Positions 27,208 through 36,391 of a DNA stretch of 60,479 bases are shown piece after piece. Position 1 is the stretch's first letter, and each line of letters starts with the position of its first letter. The notes below the pieces were generated by a model. It saw nothing but the letters and a program-made list of their open reading frames with translations, made no database searches and was not told the origin of the DNA. The translations under genes and the position numbers were made by a program. Origin of the DNA: an uncultured Bryobacteraceae bacterium (GTDB lineage: Bacteria; Acidobacteriota; Terriglobia; Bryobacterales; Bryobacteraceae); contig CATPCJ010000247.1 in the NCBI GenBank assembly GCA_955652915.1, forward strand, positions 1 through 60,479, read 5' to 3'.

Positions 27208-28023
27208 TCATTTCTTTTCGTGCACGTCAGCCGCCTTCGCGCGTTCTGGCTCTCCCTTCACTCCGGTTTCATTCAGAATGACGATATCCACTCGCCGATT
27301 TTTCGCCCTGCCCTGATCTGTCTGGTTATTGTCGACCGGGGCTGTTTCGGCGTAGCCGGCAATGGAGAGTCTCTCGCGGGACTCTCCGAAGTGTACCAGC
27401 AGTTCCAGCAACGCGATGCTTCGGGCCGCCGACAGTTCCCAGTTGCTGCGGAACCGTGAAGTGTGGATGGGAATTGCGTCGGTGTGGCCTTCCAACCGCG
27501 CGGGATTCGGGACTTGCTTGATGGCTTTGGCGATCTTCTCAATGCTGTGGTAAGTGTCCGGCGCGATGATGTCCTCGCCCGAAAGGAATAACGCGGCTTG
27601 AGTGAAGCTGATTGTTATCCCGCGGGCGCCCATGCTGATTTGAAGCTTGCCGGCCTTGATCTCCTGCTCCAGTTCTTTGGTCAGGAGATTCATCGAGGGC
27701 AGCAGTTCCACCACCTGCGCTTGCGCTTTTGGGTCGGCAACTTTGGGTGTCGGTTTTGCTCCACCCGGCCCCCTCATTTGGGCGTTTCCAACCCCTGTCG
27801 TGTCCACCGTCCCGCCCATGATTACCTTCACCATGCTGGCAAAAGAATCGCCCTCGATCGCCTTATTGACTGAGTCCGAGACTTGCTGCGCTTTCGCTTT
27901 GTCGGTCTGCGAAGTGGCGAACATCACCACGAAGAAAGCGAACAGCAGCGTGATGAAATCGGCGTAAGACACCAACCACCGCTCGTGATTCGCATGTTCA
28001 GCGTGTTTTTTTTTCCGCGCCAT
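27208..28023 (-). CDS. motB: Flagellar motor protein MotB
   Basis: RWLVSYADFITLLFAFF, EGHTD, NWELSAAR, NRRVDIV. Confidence 0.95.
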   Translation of the reverse strand: MARKKKHAEHANHERWLVSYADFITLLFAFFVVMFATSQTDKAKAQQVSDSVNKAIEGDSFASMVKVIMGGTVDTTGVGNAQMRGPGGAKPTPKVADPKAQAQVVELLPSMNLLTKELEQEIKAGKLQISMGARGITISFTQAALFLSGEDIIAPDTYHSIEKIAKAIKQVPNPARLEGHTDAIPIHTSRFRSNWELSAARSIALLELLVHFGESRERLSIAGYAETAPVDNNQTDQGRAKNRRVDIVILNETGVKGEPERAKAADVHEKK

Positions 28024-28041
28024 GTGGTTCGCGATCCGATC

Positions 28042-28908
28042 CTAGGCGCCCGCGCCTTCCGGCTGCGGCTCGGCGGCCGGTTGTTTTCCCTTTTTGGCTT
28101 TCGCCTCGGCCTTGACGCCATGACGATAGGCATCCAACTTGCTGCTGATCAATTTTGGATTCAACCCTTCCACGATTCCAATCACCCCTTCGAGCTTGAG
28201 TTCTTTTAGTTCCATATCGCTTTGAATGCGGCACTTGATCTTGTTTGCCGCCGGCAGTAGAAAGAGATTCGCGATAGCCACTCCGTACACGGTGGCCACG
28301 AAGGCCACCGCGATTCCGTGTCCGACCTCTTCGATGTTGGCGAGATTCTTCATCACCTGAATCAGGCCCATCACCGCGCCAATGATGCCGACCGTGGGCG
28401 AATAGCCGCCGGCGCTTTCGAAGACCTTGGCCTCCTCCTGCGCCCGGTGCTCGCTGATTTCCATCTCGAGCTGCATCATGCCGCGGATCTCTTGTATGTC
28501 GGTACCGTCCACCCCCAGGGTCAGTGCCTTCCGCAAAAAAGGATCCTTGATCTCCATGGCCTCGCGTTCCAGTGAAACCAGTCCGTTCTTGCGCGCCTTG
28601 GTGGCGTAGCCAATCAGTTCTTCGATGGCGGCGTCGGGCGGCTGCGTCTTGTCCAGAAACACGTGAATGAGCCGCAGCAACGCGCCTTTCAACACCACCA
28701 GCGGAGTACTCACCATGACCGCCCCGAAGGTGCCGCCGAGCACGATCAAGGCGGCGGTAAATTGCGCAACGTCTTTGATCTTGCCGCCTTCCAGCAACAG
28801 ACCTCCGAGAATCCCTCCCATTGCCAGTACAATTCCACCGATACTCGCAAAGTCCAGGCGCCCTCCCGCCGGTTTCTTGGTTTTCTCCGCCGCCACTTGA
28901 TCCGCCAT
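28042..28908 (-). CDS. motA: Flagellar motor protein MotA
   Basis: ARKNGLVSLE, GGYSPTVGIIGAVMGLI, IAVAFVATVYG. Confidence 0.95.
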   Translation of the reverse strand: MADQVAAEKTKKPAGGRLDFASIGGIVLAMGGILGGLLLEGGKIKDVAQFTAALIVLGGTFGAVMVSTPLVVLKGALLRLIHVFLDKTQPPDAAIEELIGYATKARKNGLVSLEREAMEIKDPFLRKALTLGVDGTDIQEIRGMMQLEMEISEHRAQEEAKVFESAGGYSPTVGIIGAVMGLIQVMKNLANIEEVGHGIAVAFVATVYGVAIANLFLLPAANKIKCRIQSDMELKELKLEGVIGIVEGLNPKLISSKLDAYRHGVKAEAKAKKGKQPAAEPQPEGAGA

Positions 28909-28914
28909 ATCTTG

Positions 28915-29136
28915 TTAGTACCCCTCGTTGCGTGTCTGGCCAACGGGGGGAAGCTGATCGGTAATCGAGCGGCGAAATTCGATCACCTTTCGAATCACTT
29001 CATCGGCGGATTCCAACACCATGAACTTCTGCCCGGTGGTCATCGCGATCAGCGTATCGGGGGTGACCTCTAAGTGCTCAATCAGGTCGCAGTTAAGAAC
29101 GAGCGGCACATGGTTTATACGCGTGAGCCGGATCAT
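28915..29136 (-). CDS. flbD: Flagellar FlbD family protein
   Basis: MIRLTRIN...LNCDLIEHLEVTPDT; upstream of motAB. Confidence 0.9.
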   Translation of the reverse strand: MIRLTRINHVPLVLNCDLIEHLEVTPDTLIAMTTGQKFMVLESADEVIRKVIEFRRSITDQLPPVGQTRNEGY

Positions 29137-29153
29137 TTGGATACCCAAACTCC

Positions 29154-29180
29154 TTATCGGTTCCACCCACCGGTTTGTTA
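29154..29180 (-). promoter_or_regulatory. Putative sigma28 (FliA) promoter for flbD-motAB
   Basis: Minus strand TAAC-N15-ACCGATAA versus consensus TAAA-N15-GCCGATAA; it overlaps the apparent RBS, so it is uncertain. Confidence 0.45.
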
Positions 29181-29191
29181 GTAACAGGTTT

Positions 29192-29285
29192 TGTGGCGCG
29201 GCCTCTCAGGCTGCAGCATCGAGACTCGTCTCGATGCTCTTCGTGGGAAAGAGTCTCGAGGCCGCGGACAAAGTGTCCCCGCCAC
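29192..29285. repeat. Palindromic extragenic (REP-like) element
   Basis: GTGGCG...CGCCAC outer arms and GCATCGAGAC-TC-GTCTCGATGC hairpin. Confidence 0.5.
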
Positions 29286-29287
29286 GC

Positions 29288-29704
29288 CTATCGCAGGATC
29301 GCTAGAATTTCCGTCAGGCTTTTGCGGATCTCACGGAACAATGGCGCCGGATCGCTAAAGAGATCGCCCTGCACTCGCGCCGATTTCTTCGCGGCGCCGT
29401 CGGAAGTCTTAGAATGCGGTTCACGGGTGCGCGTGTCGAGGTGTTTCCGCGCGCCCTCGATAGTGAAACGCTTGTCGTAGAGAAGACGCTTGATCTCCAA
29501 CACCAATTCCACGTCCTTACGCCGGTACAAACGGTGACCCTTGCCTGACTTCTTCGGGCCGAGATTTGAAAACTCCGTCTCCCAGAACCGCAATACGTAG
29601 GGCTTGATACCGGCCAACCGGCTGACCTCGCCAATGCGGAAGTACAGCTTATCCGGGATTTCGAGCACCTGATTTTCAGCGGCGGTGTCCAACATACTGC
29701 GCAC
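29288..29704 (-). CDS. MerR-family transcriptional regulator
   Basis: IPDKLYFRIGEVS...VLRFWETEF, RLY, FTIEGAR. Confidence 0.9.
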   Translation of the reverse strand: MRSMLDTAAENQVLEIPDKLYFRIGEVSRLAGIKPYVLRFWETEFSNLGPKKSGKGHRLYRRKDVELVLEIKRLLYDKRFTIEGARKHLDTRTREPHSKTSDGAAKKSARVQGDLFSDPAPLFREIRKSLTEILAILR

Positions 29705-30527
29705 ATTCTATCAAAGCCCGCTGTCCCTTACACTGGTAACTACGAAACGCGAGCCACACTCTTCGCCGCCCGAAACAAAACGCAACACCGGCATCCTGGC
29801 CGGGGTCCATCCGGTACGGGAAGCCTTTCGCGCCGGCAGAACGCTCGACCGCATTCTGATCGCCCGCGGCGCAGGCGGTCCGCGGATACAGGAAATTGTG
29901 GATCTGGCCCGCGAGCGTTCCGTGCCGGTGCGCTTCGAACCCCGCGATGCGCTCGACCGCGCTTCGAATAGCGCCACGCATCAGGGCGTCGTGGCGTTCA
30001 GCGCCGCGCAGAAATATGCCGGGCTCGACCAAGTTCTGGAAGGGGCGCGACTGCTGGTGGTATTGGATGGCGTGGAAGATCCGCACAACCTGGGCGCCAT
30101 CGTCCGAACCGCGCATGCCGCCGGCGCAGCGGCCATTCTGGTTCCCGATCGCCGTGCCGCCGGACTCACCGAAACCGTCGCGAAAGCCGCTGCCGGCGCG
30201 CTCGAACACCTGCCGGTAGTTCGCGTTGGCAACATCAGCCAGACCTTGGAAGGTCTGAAGAAAAAAGGCTACTGGATTTATGGGCTGGACGAACGCGGCG
30301 ATCACGTCTATAGCGAAACGGACTTCGCTACGCCCACGGTGGTCGTGCTCGGCGGCGAAGGTTTGGGACTGCACCAGCTCGTCAAAAAGCATTGCGATGT
30401 TTTGCTGCGCATTCCGATGGCAGGCGTCATTGCCTCGCTCAATGTGTCGGTGGCCGCCGGGATCGTACTCTTCGAGTGGAAGCGCCGAAGCAGTCTTCAA
30501 CCACAGCCTGCTAGAATGAAAACATAA
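29685..30527 (+). CDS. rlmB: 23S rRNA (Gm2251) 2'-O-methyltransferase; true start probably downstream of the ORF start
   Basis: GVHPVRE, HQGVVA, LDGVEDPHNLGAIVRTA, GGEGLGL, SLNVSVAAG SpoU motifs. Confidence 0.9.
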   Translation: MSNILRTFYQSPLSLTLVTTKREPHSSPPETKRNTGILAGVHPVREAFRAGRTLDRILIARGAGGPRIQEIVDLARERSVPVRFEPRDALDRASNSATHQGVVAFSAAQKYAGLDQVLEGARLLVVLDGVEDPHNLGAIVRTAHAAGAAAILVPDRRAAGLTETVAKAAAGALEHLPVVRVGNISQTLEGLKKKGYWIYGLDERGDHVYSETDFATPTVVVLGGEGLGLHQLVKKHCDVLLRIPMAGVIASLNVSVAAGIVLFEWKRRSSLQPQPARMKT

Positions 30528-30599
30528 CATCTGAGTGCGGCCGGACCGCTTTTCGCTCCGTCCGCCTGTCGTCATCATCCTGAGATCACTGATAGCCGC

Positions 30600-33500
30600 A
30601 TGTCTGCTGTTTCCGATCAATTCGAATTAGGTCTAGGCTTCGTCTTTGAGGATCTCTATCGCTACGAAGGCCTTGCGCGGCTGGATCAAGTATTCCTTTC
30701 GCACCTGGATCTGACGGATCCTGGGTTGCACGGGCGATTGATCGATGCTCGAACCGATCCCAAGAGGCTTTCGCCCAAAGAAGCGTCCGATCTGATCATT
30801 GACGTTGCTCCGTTCGTCGAAGATTTTCTCGGCGAATTGTTTGGCATCGCAAAAGAGATACAAGCGCTTCAAGCCCGTCACAATCAACTCGCCCCGATTC
30901 TGGCGTTCAAGCGTAAGTTCGTCCAAAAGCGTGCGATTAGCGGAGTCACAAGAGAACAAGCATCCGCCATCAATGGGCTGTCGCTCGCCGCCGAGCTGGA
31001 TTGCTTGTTCGGCGAACCCTTGACCCAATCGAGCTTTTTCCAACATGTTTCACGATGGCTTGAGAACGAAGTGGAGCATGCCCCTTGGATTCAAATCGCC
31101 GCCCGTTACGCCGCCTGGGCAGCGCTCTCGCCAGCCGGCGTTCGCAGGCACCACGGGGATGTTCTCTTCAAAGTTCCGCACAAACTTGACCCGTTCCACT
31201 TGATTCCGGTGGAGGAAACCGCCGGCCAGGGACTCGTAAAATTACGCTTGCCCGAGGAGCGTTGGCGCCATCGCCAAGGATTCAAACTCACTGACGCGGG
31301 CATGGATCTCGGCGGCGCGCTGGATCAGGCCCACTACTGCATCAAGTGCCACAACCAGGGCAAAGACAGTTGCTCATCAGGATTGAAAGAGAAGACGGGC
31401 GAATTCAAAAAGACGGTTTTCGGCGTTACCTTGGCGGGCTGTCCCTTGGACGAAAAGATTTCCGAGATGAACGTCGTCAAGGAGCGAGGCAACAGCGTGG
31501 GAGCTCTGGCCATCGTCACCATCGACAATCCGATGGCGGCGGGGACCGGACATCGCATCTGCAACGATTGCATGAAGGCCTGCATTTTCCAGAAGCAGGA
31601 CCCGGTGGACATTCCGCAGATCGAAACGCGCACGCTGAAGGATGTTTTGGAACTCCCGTGGGGCTTCGAGATTTACAGCCTGCTGACTCGCTGGAACCCG
31701 CTGAATTTCGCGCGGCCGATGCCGCTTCCACCCAGCGGATACAAAGTTCTGGTGGTTGGACTGGGACCGTCGGGCTTCACGCTGGCGCACTACCTGATGA
31801 ACGACGGCCACACCGTGGTGGGCGTCGACGGCTTGAAGATCGAGCCGCTGCCGGAGGAGTCGGCGGGAGTGAATGTGCTGGGCGAGCGCACTCGCTTCCA
31901 GCCCATCCGCGACATCCGCGACATTTATGAATCGCTCGACGATCGCGTGATGGCGGGATTCGGCGGAGTTGCCGAGTACGGCATCACGGTCCGCTGGGAC
32001 AAGAATTTCCTGAAAATCATCCGTCTGCTGCTGGAGCGGCGGCAGCAGTTCACCATGTTCGGCGGTGTGCGCTTCGGCGGCGCGCTGACTGTTGAGAGCG
32101 CCTTCGAAATGGGGTTCGATCACGTGGCGTTGTGCGCCGGCGCCGGCCGCCCCACCGTGATCCCCATGAAGAACGGGCTGGCGCGCGGCGTGCGGCAGGC
32201 TTCGGATTTTCTCATGGCCCTTCAATTAACCGGCGCCGCGAAGAACAACTCGGTGACGAATTTACAGATCCGCATGCCCATCGTCGTGATCGGCGGGGGC
32301 CTGACGGCCGTCGATACGGCCACCGAATCCCTGGCGTACTACGTGGTGCAGGTTGAAAAATTTCTGGATCGATTCGAGCACCTGGCCGCCGATAGAGGCG
32401 AGCACGAAGTTCGCGCGAACTGGAGTGACGAAGAGACCGAGACCGCCGGCGAGTTCATCTCGCATGGGCTGGCCATCCGCGGCGAGCGCGAAGCAGCCGC
32501 TCGCGAAGGCCGGCCGCCAAATCTTATCCGCCTTTTGAATTCCTGGGGCGGCGTCACCATTGCTTACCGGCGGCGGCTGATCGATTCGCCTAGCTATACA
32601 CTGAACCACGAAGAAGTTTGGAAAGCCCTCGAAGAAGGCATCCGCTTCTCCGAGTGCCTGGCGCCCGAAGCGGTGGAGGTGGACCGCTACGGACACGCGG
32701 CGGCGTTGCATCTGACGCGCCGGCCCATCGATCCAACCACCGGAAAAATGGCGGAGACTGGCGACCCGGCCGTGCTGCCGGCGAAGTCGATTCTGGTGGC
32801 TGCCGGAACACAGCCGAATACCGTGCTGGGCCGCGAGGATCCGGAAAACGTATTTCTGGATGGCCGCTGGTTCCAGGCCGTGGACGAGGATGGGCAGCCG
32901 GTGAAGCCGGAGAGAATCGCGAAGCCCAAGATCGCGCGCGTTCTTACTTCCATTCGCCCCGATGGCCGGGGCATCAGTTTCTTCGGTGACCTGCATCCCT
33001 CTTTCGCCGGCAACGTCGTAAAGGCCATGGCGAGCGCGAAGCAAGGCTATCCGGTGGTGTCGCGCCTGTTGTCTCGAAGGCCGCCCGCGCAGCCCGCACC
33101 CTCCGAACTGGTAACGCGCTTGAACGCGGAATTGCGTGCGGTGGTCCAGGATGTGGTCCGCCTGACGCCGAATATCGTCGAGGTGGTGGTGCGCGCGCCG
33201 ATGGCCGCGCGCGCTTTCGAGCCCGGCACGTTTTACCGTCTTCAGAATTACGAGACGCTGGCGATGCGCGTGGAAGGCACCACGCTTGCCATGGAAGGCC
33301 TGGCGCTCACGGGCGCGTCCGTGGATCGCGCCCGGGGCCTGCTCTCCACCATCGTGCTCGAAGTCGGCGGGTCCTCCGATCTCTGTACGCTCTTGAAGCC
33401 CGGCGAACCGGTGATTCTCATGGGGCCCACCGGGACGCCCACGGAAACTCCGTCGCGCGAAACCGTTCTGCTGGTGGGTGGCGGATTGGGGAACGCTGTG

Positions 33501-34118
33501 CTGTTCTCCATCGGTCTCCAATTGCGCGAAAGCAAATCGAGAACCATATATTTCGCCGGCTACAAGCGAATGATCGATCGCTACAAGGTGGAAGAAATCG
33601 AGAAAGCGGCCGACATCGTGGTATGGTGCTGCGACGAAGCGCCGGGGTTCACCCCAAATCGGGTCCAGGATAAAGCTTTTGTGGGAAACATCGTGGACGC
33701 GATGGCTGCATACGCGCGTGGGGATCTGGACGAACCCGAAATTCCCTTCAGCCAGGTGGACCGGCTGGTGGTGATTGGCTCGGACGCGATGATGCACGCG
33801 GTACAACGGGCGCGCCACGGAGTTCTTGCGCCCTATCTCAAGCACGGCCACAAGGCGATCGCCAGTATCAACTCCCCGATGCAGTGCATGATGAAGGAAA
33901 TTTGCGCGCAGTGCCTGCAACAGCACAAAGATCCGATAACGGGCGAGGAGACCGTGGTTTTCTCGTGCTTCAATCAGGACCAGCAGATGGATCACGTGGA
34001 CTTCGCCAGTCTTCACACCCGCCTGTCGCAAAACGGCGTGCAGGAGAAGCTGACCAAGCAGTGGATCGATCGCTGCCTGCGGCAGATCGGCGCGCGCGAT
34101 GAGCTAGTGGCCGGCTAG
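30600..34118 (+). CDS. Fused Fe-S/FAD oxidoreductase (GltD/NfnB-like plus FNR/PyrK-like domain)
   Basis: CIKCH..., GCP, RICNDCMKAC, VVGLGPSG, VIGGGLTAVD, LVGGGLGNA, MQCMMKEICAQC. Confidence 0.85.
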   Translation: MSAVSDQFELGLGFVFEDLYRYEGLARLDQVFLSHLDLTDPGLHGRLIDARTDPKRLSPKEASDLIIDVAPFVEDFLGELFGIAKEIQALQARHNQLAPILAFKRKFVQKRAISGVTREQASAINGLSLAAELDCLFGEPLTQSSFFQHVSRWLENEVEHAPWIQIAARYAAWAALSPAGVRRHHGDVLFKVPHKLDPFHLIPVEETAGQGLVKLRLPEERWRHRQGFKLTDAGMDLGGALDQAHYCIKCHNQGKDSCSSGLKEKTGEFKKTVFGVTLAGCPLDEKISEMNVVKERGNSVGALAIVTIDNPMAAGTGHRICNDCMKACIFQKQDPVDIPQIETRTLKDVLELPWGFEIYSLLTRWNPLNFARPMPLPPSGYKVLVVGLGPSGFTLAHYLMNDGHTVVGVDGLKIEPLPEESAGVNVLGERTRFQPIRDIRDIYESLDDRVMAGFGGVAEYGITVRWDKNFLKIIRLLLERRQQFTMFGGVRFGGALTVESAFEMGFDHVALCAGAGRPTVIPMKNGLARGVRQASDFLMALQLTGAAKNNSVTNLQIRMPIVVIGGGLTAVDTATESLAYYVVQVEKFLDRFEHLAADRGEHEVRANWSDEETETAGEFISHGLAIRGEREAAAREGRPPNLIRLLNSWGGVTIAYRRRLIDSPSYTLNHEEVWKALEEGIRFSECLAPEAVEVDRYGHAAALHLTRRPIDPTTGKMAETGDPAVLPAKSILVAAGTQPNTVLGREDPENVFLDGRWFQAVDEDGQPVKPERIAKPKIARVLTSIRPDGRGISFFGDLHPSFAGNVVKAMASAKQGYPVVSRLLSRRPPAQPAPSELVTRLNAELRAVVQDVVRLTPNIVEVVVRAPMAARAFEPGTFYRLQNYETLAMRVEGTTLAMEGLALTGASVDRARGLLSTIVLEVGGSSDLCTLLKPGEPVILMGPTGTPTETPSRETVLLVGGGLGNAVLFSIGLQLRESKSRTIYFAGYKRMIDRYKVEEIEKAADIVVWCCDEAPGFTPNRVQDKAFVGNIVDAMAAYARGDLDEPEIPFSQVDRLVVIGSDAMMHAVQRARHGVLAPYLKHGHKAIASINSPMQCMMKEICAQCLQQHKDPITGEETVVFSCFNQDQQMDHVDFASLHTRLSQNGVQEKLTKQWIDRCLRQIGARDELVAG

Positions 34119-34121
34119 CCG

Positions 34122-34556
34122 ATGCAACGCCGCTCGGGAACGACATCCATCAGCGGGGGACAGGATTCAATTCTCACACGGGCCAAGCAAGCAGTGGATC
34201 GGGCGCTTCCATTGTTGGACGGGCTGTCCCCGTTGAATCCGGACGCTGGGGATGACGTTGAGGCCCTCAAAACCATCGTGCGAAAACAAATGCTTGCCTT
34301 GGTTGAAGAACTCGGCCCGCCCCGTGTGTCGCGCGTGGGGCAAATATTCCGCTTGCTGGGTGGCCCTGATATCAGTGCGGCTCGCATCTCTCCCAATTCG
34401 ATTGGCGGAACACTGGGAACTCTTCGAGACCAATTCGGTTTCACCTCCTCGACGGAACGGGAGCCGAATCTCGCGAATTTTCGCGCTATCGCCCAGTCGA
34501 TAATTTCACTAGCGCAGACTTGGTTCTCGGTCCGGCGGCTCGGCCGCGGGCATTAG
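34122..34556 (+). CDS. Hypothetical protein
   Basis: 144-aa ORF closely spaced between co-oriented genes. Confidence 0.5.
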   Translation: MQRRSGTTSISGGQDSILTRAKQAVDRALPLLDGLSPLNPDAGDDVEALKTIVRKQMLALVEELGPPRVSRVGQIFRLLGGPDISAARISPNSIGGTLGTLRDQFGFTSSTEREPNLANFRAIAQSIISLAQTWFSVRRLGRGH

Positions 34557-34575
34557 TCGTGCTATCGTTGCTCCG

Positions 34576-35427
34576 ATGCCGACCGCGCGTGACATTCTTT
34601 TCGTGGCCCTCGGTCTTTTTGGGGCCGCCTACAGTTGGATCTGGTTCACCGGCAAGGGACGCGCTCCAATACTCGAACTGGTGATCGGGTTTGTCACTAA
34701 TTTTTTTGACACGCTAGGAATCGGTTCGTTTGCTCCCACGGCGGCAATTTTCAAGTTCCGGAAAATAGTTCCGGATGAACAAATCCCGGGAACGCTGAAC
34801 GTCGGCCATACGCCGCCCACGATACTCCAGGCATTTCTGTTCATCGCAATGGTTAAGGTGGACATGCTGACCCTGGTGTTGATGATCTCCGCGGCTGTAA
34901 TTGGGGCCTGGTTTGGAGCCGGGATCGTGGCCGGTCTCTCCCGGCGTAAAGTGCAGATCGGGATGGGTGTCGCACTTCTGGCCGCGGCGGTATTGTTTTT
35001 GATGAAGAACTTGAGTCTTCTTCCAGCGGGCGGAACCGCGATGATTCTCCAGAATTGGAAACTCGCGGCGGGCGTAGTTGGAAGTTTGGTGCTGGGGGCG
35101 CTCATGACCCTAGGCATCGGCTTGTACGCACCCTGCATGATTCTGGTGAGCCTGCTGGGAATGGATCCGACGGCGGCGTTTCCAATCATGATGGGCTCTT
35201 GCGCATTTCTGATGCCGGTCGCCAGTGCGCGATTCATTCGCAAGGATTGCTATGCCCCGCGAGCATCACTTGGCTTGGCATTGGGAGGCCTGCCCGCGGT
35301 CTTGATCGCGGTGCTGATCGTGAAGTCGCTTCCGTTGACGGCCGTGCGATGGCTGGTGGTGGTCGCGGTGACTTACGCGGCGATTACGATGTTGCGCTCC
35401 GCGCGGGAGAGCGATTCCCGAAACTAA
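34576..35427 (+). CDS. TauE/SafE-family membrane transporter
   Basis: FFDTLGIGSFAPT, GTLNVGH, AFPIMMGSCAFL; multi-TM. Confidence 0.85.
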   Translation: MPTARDILFVALGLFGAAYSWIWFTGKGRAPILELVIGFVTNFFDTLGIGSFAPTAAIFKFRKIVPDEQIPGTLNVGHTPPTILQAFLFIAMVKVDMLTLVLMISAAVIGAWFGAGIVAGLSRRKVQIGMGVALLAAAVLFLMKNLSLLPAGGTAMILQNWKLAAGVVGSLVLGALMTLGIGLYAPCMILVSLLGMDPTAAFPIMMGSCAFLMPVASARFIRKDCYAPRASLGLALGGLPAVLIAVLIVKSLPLTAVRWLVVVAVTYAAITMLRSARESDSRN

Positions 35428-35429
35428 CA

Positions 35430-36335
35430 TCACGCCAAGAAGTCGAACAGCGTCGTCCTCGGAAGTTTTCCCCGGGATTGCAGCGCCGCCTGTTGCTGCA
35501 GTTGGGCCTGGTTCAGCTCCGTGATGGACTGGGTCAGATCGGCGTCTTGGATACCGCTTAGCGCCGTTTCCAACTGGGTCTGCCGGTTCTTGCTGAAATC
35601 CAGACCACTCGTCACCTGATTCTGAAGGTTTCCATAGGATGCTAACTGGCTGTTGAGGTAGGCTCCCGAGGTTTGAAGATCGGCAACGGCGCTGGTGATG
35701 CCGGCTTGATCGTTGTTCAACAGGGCCGTCCGAAGATTAGCGACCACCACAAAGACGTTCTGCTGCCGACTCGGGCCGTCGAAAATCTCTTGAGCGGTCT
35801 TGCCGGCCGGGATGAGCGTACCATTCCCATCCTGGACCTGGCGCGTGGCAGCCGACCCTAGATAGGCGCTAACAGGATTCGCTTGCGTGAGATCGATCGT
35901 GTATGGCGCTGTCTGGTCGCTATTGCCGCTGAAAATATAACGGCCATCGACAGTGGTGTTGGCGATAGCGACCAGGCGTTGGAGTAACGAGCCAACTTCG
36001 CCCGCGAGATCTATTCGATTTTGCGCGCTTGCGGTTCCCGTGGCGCCTTGCGTGGCCAAGGTTTGAGCCCGTTCCAGGATCGTAACCGCGGACTGAATCG
36101 CCGTTTCCGCCGAGTCTACTTCTGTTTTTACGCGTCCAAGGTTAGCCTCCGTCTGTTTGGCGCTAGCCAGCTCCGACCTCGTTTGCCACAGAGCGCCGAT
36201 CTGATCGGGAGCGTCGGAGATGGTGTTGAGCTTGAGGCCCGAGGTCAGCTCCCGTTGCGCGCGCTCGCTCCGCTGCTGGATTTGGTTCATGCCGTACAGG
36301 AAGCGTAGAGATTCGGAATCAAGGGAGCTTATCAT
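35430..36335 (-). CDS. flgL: Flagellar hook-associated protein 3
   Basis: Flagellin N/C domains (LTSGLK...SDAP, ANTTVDGRYIFSG, TLFDFL), downstream of flgK. Confidence 0.85.
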   Translation of the reverse strand: MISSLDSESLRFLYGMNQIQQRSERAQRELTSGLKLNTISDAPDQIGALWQTRSELASAKQTEANLGRVKTEVDSAETAIQSAVTILERAQTLATQGATGTASAQNRIDLAGEVGSLLQRLVAIANTTVDGRYIFSGNSDQTAPYTIDLTQANPVSAYLGSAATRQVQDGNGTLIPAGKTAQEIFDGPSRQQNVFVVVANLRTALLNNDQAGITSAVADLQTSGAYLNSQLASYGNLQNQVTSGLDFSKNRQTQLETALSGIQDADLTQSITELNQAQLQQQAALQSRGKLPRTTLFDFLA

Positions 36336-36391
36336 TGTCTTCTCTTCTGGTGTCTTCTCTTCTGGTGTCTTCTCTTCTGGTGTCTTCTCTT
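36336..36391. repeat. 15-bp tandem repeat, 3.7 copies (TGTCTTCTCTTCTGG)
   Basis: Exact copies at 36336, 36351, 36366 and a partial copy at 36381; fills the whole flgK-flgL spacer. Confidence 0.95.

Noticed and set aside
32262..34031. 589-aa antisense ORF (also 22298-23299, 45569-46690, 58104-59363)
   Set aside because: Shadow ORFs opposite well-supported genes in GC-rich DNA, with no recognisable motifs.
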